A stretch of 64,000 bases of DNA from a candidate division Zixibacteria bacterium CG_4_9_14_3_um_filter_46_8 (lineage in GTDB: Bacteria; Zixibacteria; MSB-5A5; UM-FILTER-46-8): positions 19,880 to 83,879 of the forward strand of contig PFXJ01000025.1 in assembly GCA_002791595.1 (NCBI GenBank), written 5' to 3'. The translations under genes were made by a program, and so were the position numbers. The notes under the pieces were generated by a model that saw nothing but the letters and a program-made list of their open reading frames with translations, was not told the origin of the DNA and made no database searches. Shown one piece after another: positions 61,263 through 64,000 of this stretch (within the stretch, counting starts at the first letter, position 1; each line of letters begins with the position of its first letter).

Positions 61263-62109
61263 CGCCGCTATCCTCCTTCATACTCCCGCTTCCACCATTT
61301 TCCCGGATCCTTTGGGAATCACCAGCATCGGAAAAGCCCCCACTACCCGCACTTTCAGCGGGACGAGGCCTGCGGCGCCGCCTGCGCCGATGCGCCGGAG
61401 CGTCAGCCCTATTATTAGGCTGTTCCTTTCTGGTTTCCATAACTCTCTCGGGAGCCACTAATCCCTCGACCTGCTCTTCATGCTCTCCATAAATCTCGCC
61501 CTTACAAATCCACACCTTCACTCCAATAGTGCCATACGTGGTATGCGCGGTGGCTGTGGCATAATCAATATCGGCTCGGAGAGTATGAAGAGGAACACGA
61601 CCTTGATGATACTTTTCATTGCGAGCAATTTCCGCACCACCCAGCCGTCCACCGCAGACAATTTTGATCCCAACCGCCCCCATCTTCATAGCTGAGGTAA
61701 CTGCCTTTTTCATCGCACGCCGAAATGAGATACGGCCTTCGAGCTGACGCGCAATACCATTGGCTACCAAGCTGGAATCCATCTCCGGTTTCTTAACTTC
61801 AATGATGTTTAGAAGTATTTCCTTGCCGGTCAAAAGCTGCATTTCCTCTCTCAACTTATCAACCTCGGAACCCTTGCGTCCGATAACAACTCCCGGCTTT
61901 GCAGTGTAGATATCAACGGTAACTCTCTTTGGGGCACGAAGTATCTCTACTTTTGATAGGCCGGCGTGCTCCAAACGCTTTTCGGTGTATCTCCGAATCA
62001 GAAGGTCTTCTTTCAAAAGGCCGGCAAAATTCTTTTCATCAAACCACTTCGAATTCCAAGTCCTTATGACGCCTAACCTGAAGCCTATTGGGTGTGTTTT
62101 CTGTCCCAA
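61249..62109 (-). CDS. rpsC: 30S ribosomal protein S3 (with a ~60 aa Arg-rich/Gly-Ser-rich C-terminal tail)
   Basis: [23 protein letters not shown] and KH/S3-C domains. The tail is [25 protein letters not shown]... Confidence 0.9.
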   Translation of the reverse strand: MGQKTHPIGFRLGVIRTWNSKWFDEKNFAGLLKEDLLIRRYTEKRLEHAGLSKVEILRAPKRVTVDIYTAKPGVVIGRKGSEVDKLREEMQLLTGKEILLNIIEVKKPEMDSSLVANGIARQLEGRISFRRAMKKAVTSAMKMGAVGIKIVCGGRLGGAEIARNEKYHQGRVPLHTLRADIDYATATAHTTYGTIGVKVWICKGEIYGEHEEQVEGLVAPERVMETRKEQPNNRADAPAHRRRRRRRPRPAESAGSGGFSDAGDSQRIRENGGSGSMKEDSGDVNA

Positions 62110-62191
62110 TTATTCCTCCAAAACCTTCGCATTTAATGCCCCAATTTTCTCGCTGGCCAACATCATTTCTCCACTTTCCTGCATCGCCGTC

Positions 62192-62596
62192 CTATTTTTC
62201 CCCGGCTTTGGCTTTTACCTTTGTTTTCTCGTGAGCGGCCTTGCGTTCGGGCAGGATGTCGAGCTTCACTTTGACATGTGAAGTCCTTTTGCGAACGCGA
62301 TATGCCCTTCCCATTGGGGCAGGCAGTATGCGCTTCCAAGTTGGGCCGCCATCAATTTGAATCTCTTTGATATATAGATCCTCAGCCTTGATTTTCGCTG
62401 ATCCCTCGGAGCTGATTGCATTGGAAGCGGCTGACTTTATAGTCTGCATCAATGCATGCGAAGCTGCTTTGGGGACAAAGTAAAGCGTTTCCAGCGCCTT
62501 CTCAACACCCATGCCGCGTACCAAATCCGCCACGCGCCGCACCTTGCGCGGGGACATCCTCAGGTATCTTAATTTAGCTTTATATTCCACAACCAC
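62192..62596 (-). CDS. rplV: 50S ribosomal protein L22
   Basis: SPRKVRRVADLVRGMGVEKALETL is L22. Confidence 0.9.
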   Translation of the reverse strand: MVVEYKAKLRYLRMSPRKVRRVADLVRGMGVEKALETLYFVPKAASHALMQTIKSAASNAISSEGSAKIKAEDLYIKEIQIDGGPTWKRILPAPMGRAYRVRKRTSHVKVKLDILPERKAAHEKTKVKAKAGEK

Positions 62597-62601
62597 AAAC
62601 C

Positions 62602-62889
62602 TTATTTTAGAGATACTTTCCGTTCAGTCAATTTGCCGGCATGTCCTCGAAAGATTCTGGTTGGAGCAAATTCCCCCACCTTATGTCCGACCATATTTTC
62701 AGTAACAAAGACCGGGATGAATTTATTCCCATTATGGACTGCCAGTGTATGGCCAACAAATTCCGGCGGTATCGTAGATCTTCGGGCCCAGGTCTTAATG
62801 ACCTTTTTTGCACTGGTGCGATTCAGATCATCAATCTTCTTCTTCAGATTAAGGTCAATGAAGGGCCCTTTTTTTAGCGATCTTCCCAT
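62602..62889 (-). CDS. rpsS: 30S ribosomal protein S19
   Basis: [19 protein letters not shown]...HNGNKFIPV is S19. Confidence 0.95.
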   Translation of the reverse strand: MGRSLKKGPFIDLNLKKKIDDLNRTSAKKVIKTWARRSTIPPEFVGHTLAVHNGNKFIPVFVTENMVGHKVGEFAPTRIFRGHAGKLTERKVSLK

Positions 62890-62911
62890 ATCTATCGAAT
62901 ACTCCTCTGCC

Positions 62912-63739
62912 TTATTTCTTTCCCCGGCGTTTCACTATATATTTGTCAGATATTTTGGCCACTCGAGTCTTTAGACCCTTGGATAATAATCCCCAGGGAG
63001 AGCAAGGATGACGGCCGCCTGAACTCTTGCCTTCACCGCCACCCATGGGATGGTCAACCGGGTTCATCGCCACACCACGGACCGAGGGCCGTATGCCCAG
63101 CCATCGGGAACGGCCAGCCTTTCCGAAACTAATATTCTCGTGATCAATATTACCGATCTGACCGATGGTGGCATAATTCGTCAAGTGCACTAACCTGACC
63201 TCGCCCGAGGGCAATTTCAGATGAGCGAATTTCCCTTCTTTTGCGAGAAGCTCCGCAAAAGTGCCGGCACCCCTCGCCAGTTGACCCCCTTTCCCCTTCC
63301 TAAGCTCTATGTTATGGACGCTCAACCCTAAAGGAATATTGCCTAACGGCATAGTATTGCCGACTTTGAATTCCACGTTCTCGCCAGATTGGAGTGTGTC
63401 CCCAACCTTTAATCCCAATGGAGAAATGATATATCTTTTCTCGCCATCTGCATATTGCAATAACGCAATATTTGAGGACCTGTTAGGATCATATTCGATT
63501 CCGGTCACGATGGCCGGGATGCCGACTTTGTCCCGCTTAAAATCAATAATTCTATAGCGCCGCTTATGGCCACCACCCTGATGCCTGGTGGTAATGCGCC
63601 CAAGGTTATTGCGGCCGCCCATTTTCTTTAGCGGGCGAAGAAGCGATTTTTCAGGCTCAGATTTGGTGATTTCTGCAAAATCCGAAATCTGCTTCCATCT
63701 CAATCCTGGAGTATGTGGTTTAAACTTTTTAAGTCCCAT
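62912..63739 (-). CDS. rplB: 50S ribosomal protein L2
   Basis: 275 aa with the conserved GGGHKRRYR and [12 protein letters not shown] blocks. Confidence 0.95.
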   Translation of the reverse strand: MGLKKFKPHTPGLRWKQISDFAEITKSEPEKSLLRPLKKMGGRNNLGRITTRHQGGGHKRRYRIIDFKRDKVGIPAIVTGIEYDPNRSSNIALLQYADGEKRYIISPLGLKVGDTLQSGENVEFKVGNTMPLGNIPLGLSVHNIELRKGKGGQLARGAGTFAELLAKEGKFAHLKLPSGEVRLVHLTNYATIGQIGNIDHENISFGKAGRSRWLGIRPSVRGVAMNPVDHPMGGGEGKSSGGRHPCSPWGLLSKGLKTRVAKISDKYIVKRRGKK

Positions 63740-63757
63740 TTATTATCTCCGTACCGA

Positions 63758-64000
63758 TTACACGGCCTCCACCAAATCTATCTTTTGTCCGGCCTCAAGA
63801 GTCACGATGGCTTTTTTCCAGCTCGACCGTCTGCCCGAAAATCGCCCCAAGGTTTTCATTTTTCCCTGCAATCTCATAGTGCGAACGTCCTTGACCTTGA
63901 CATTAAAGAGCTTCTCGACTGCCCGCTTGATTTCAAGCTTATTAGCATCCATTGCGGTTTCAAAGAAATACTGATTTGATTTTTCCTGAAGATGTGATCC
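63758..64000 (-). CDS. rplW: 50S ribosomal protein L23, 5' end cut off by the window edge
   Basis: [22 protein letters not shown] is L23. The reading frame stays open upstream of the annotated Met through to the window end (..[19 protein letters not shown]..). Confidence 0.8.
   Translation of the reverse strand, partial: GSHLQEKSNQYFFETAMDANKLEIKRAVEKLFNVKVKDVRTMRLQGKMKTLGRFSGRRSSWKKAIVTLEAGQKIDLVEAV

Noticed and set aside
1-64000. CRISPR arrays, tRNA/rRNA genes, transposases, integrases, phage or defence-system genes
   Set aside because: No direct-repeat/spacer periodicity, no GTTCGAATC-type tRNA signatures in intergenic regions, and no ORF with transposase, integrase, restriction or toxin motifs. 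Every gap over 100 nt was inspected by eye.

Overview
The window is almost entirely conserved core genome, and about 90% of genes are on the minus strand. Two secreted proteins carry the C-terminal sorting domain of the type IX secretion system (T9SS), which points to an FCB-superphylum-like bacterium, yet the promoters seen are canonical sigma70 TTGAC(A/T)-N16/17-TAnnnT.

Gene content, left to right:
- 3' end of secA (+), then ccdA, a receiver-domain response regulator with a ~350-aa acidic tail, a rhomboid protease and a CoA-binding protein.
- The envelope cluster lpxD-skp-bamA, followed by rplU (with no rpmA partner), cysS, an M42 peptidase, a HAD hydrolase, ddl and a DedA protein.
- queA, queH, ruvB-ruvA-ruvC and a yebC-family gene.
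- A plus-strand sugar ABC uptake locus (binding protein plus two permeases, no ATPase).
- A murein-peptide recycling cluster: MurNAc-L-Ala amidase with a large unknown N-terminal region, an L-Ala-D/L-Glu epimerase, an NlpC/P60+SH3 endopeptidase, and alr.
- The one accessory-like island: three tandem paralogous secreted BNR/Asp-box proteins. Two carry the T9SS sorting domain, the third is truncated, and a small Cys-containing secreted protein followed by a frameshifted sorting-domain remnant lies between them.
- A long collinear minus block: LplA/LipB-like protein, etfB with no etfA, two tandem acyl-CoA dehydrogenases, rnc, fabF-acpP-fabG-fabD-fabH-plsX-rpmF-yceD, then mntP(+), PBP1A(+) and deoB-cdd-deoA.
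- The alpha, spc and partial S10 ribosomal operons: rplQ, rpoA, rpsD, rpsK, rpsM, rpmJ, infA, map, adk, secY, then rplO through rplW, cut off at the window edge.

No tRNA, rRNA, CRISPR array, transposase or integrase was found, and there is no clear defence or toxin system. The most unusual items are a 330-nt, heavily stem-looped non-coding region between the BNR island and alr, bounded by intrinsic terminators on both strands, and the recombination scars in the BNR/T9SS paralog array.
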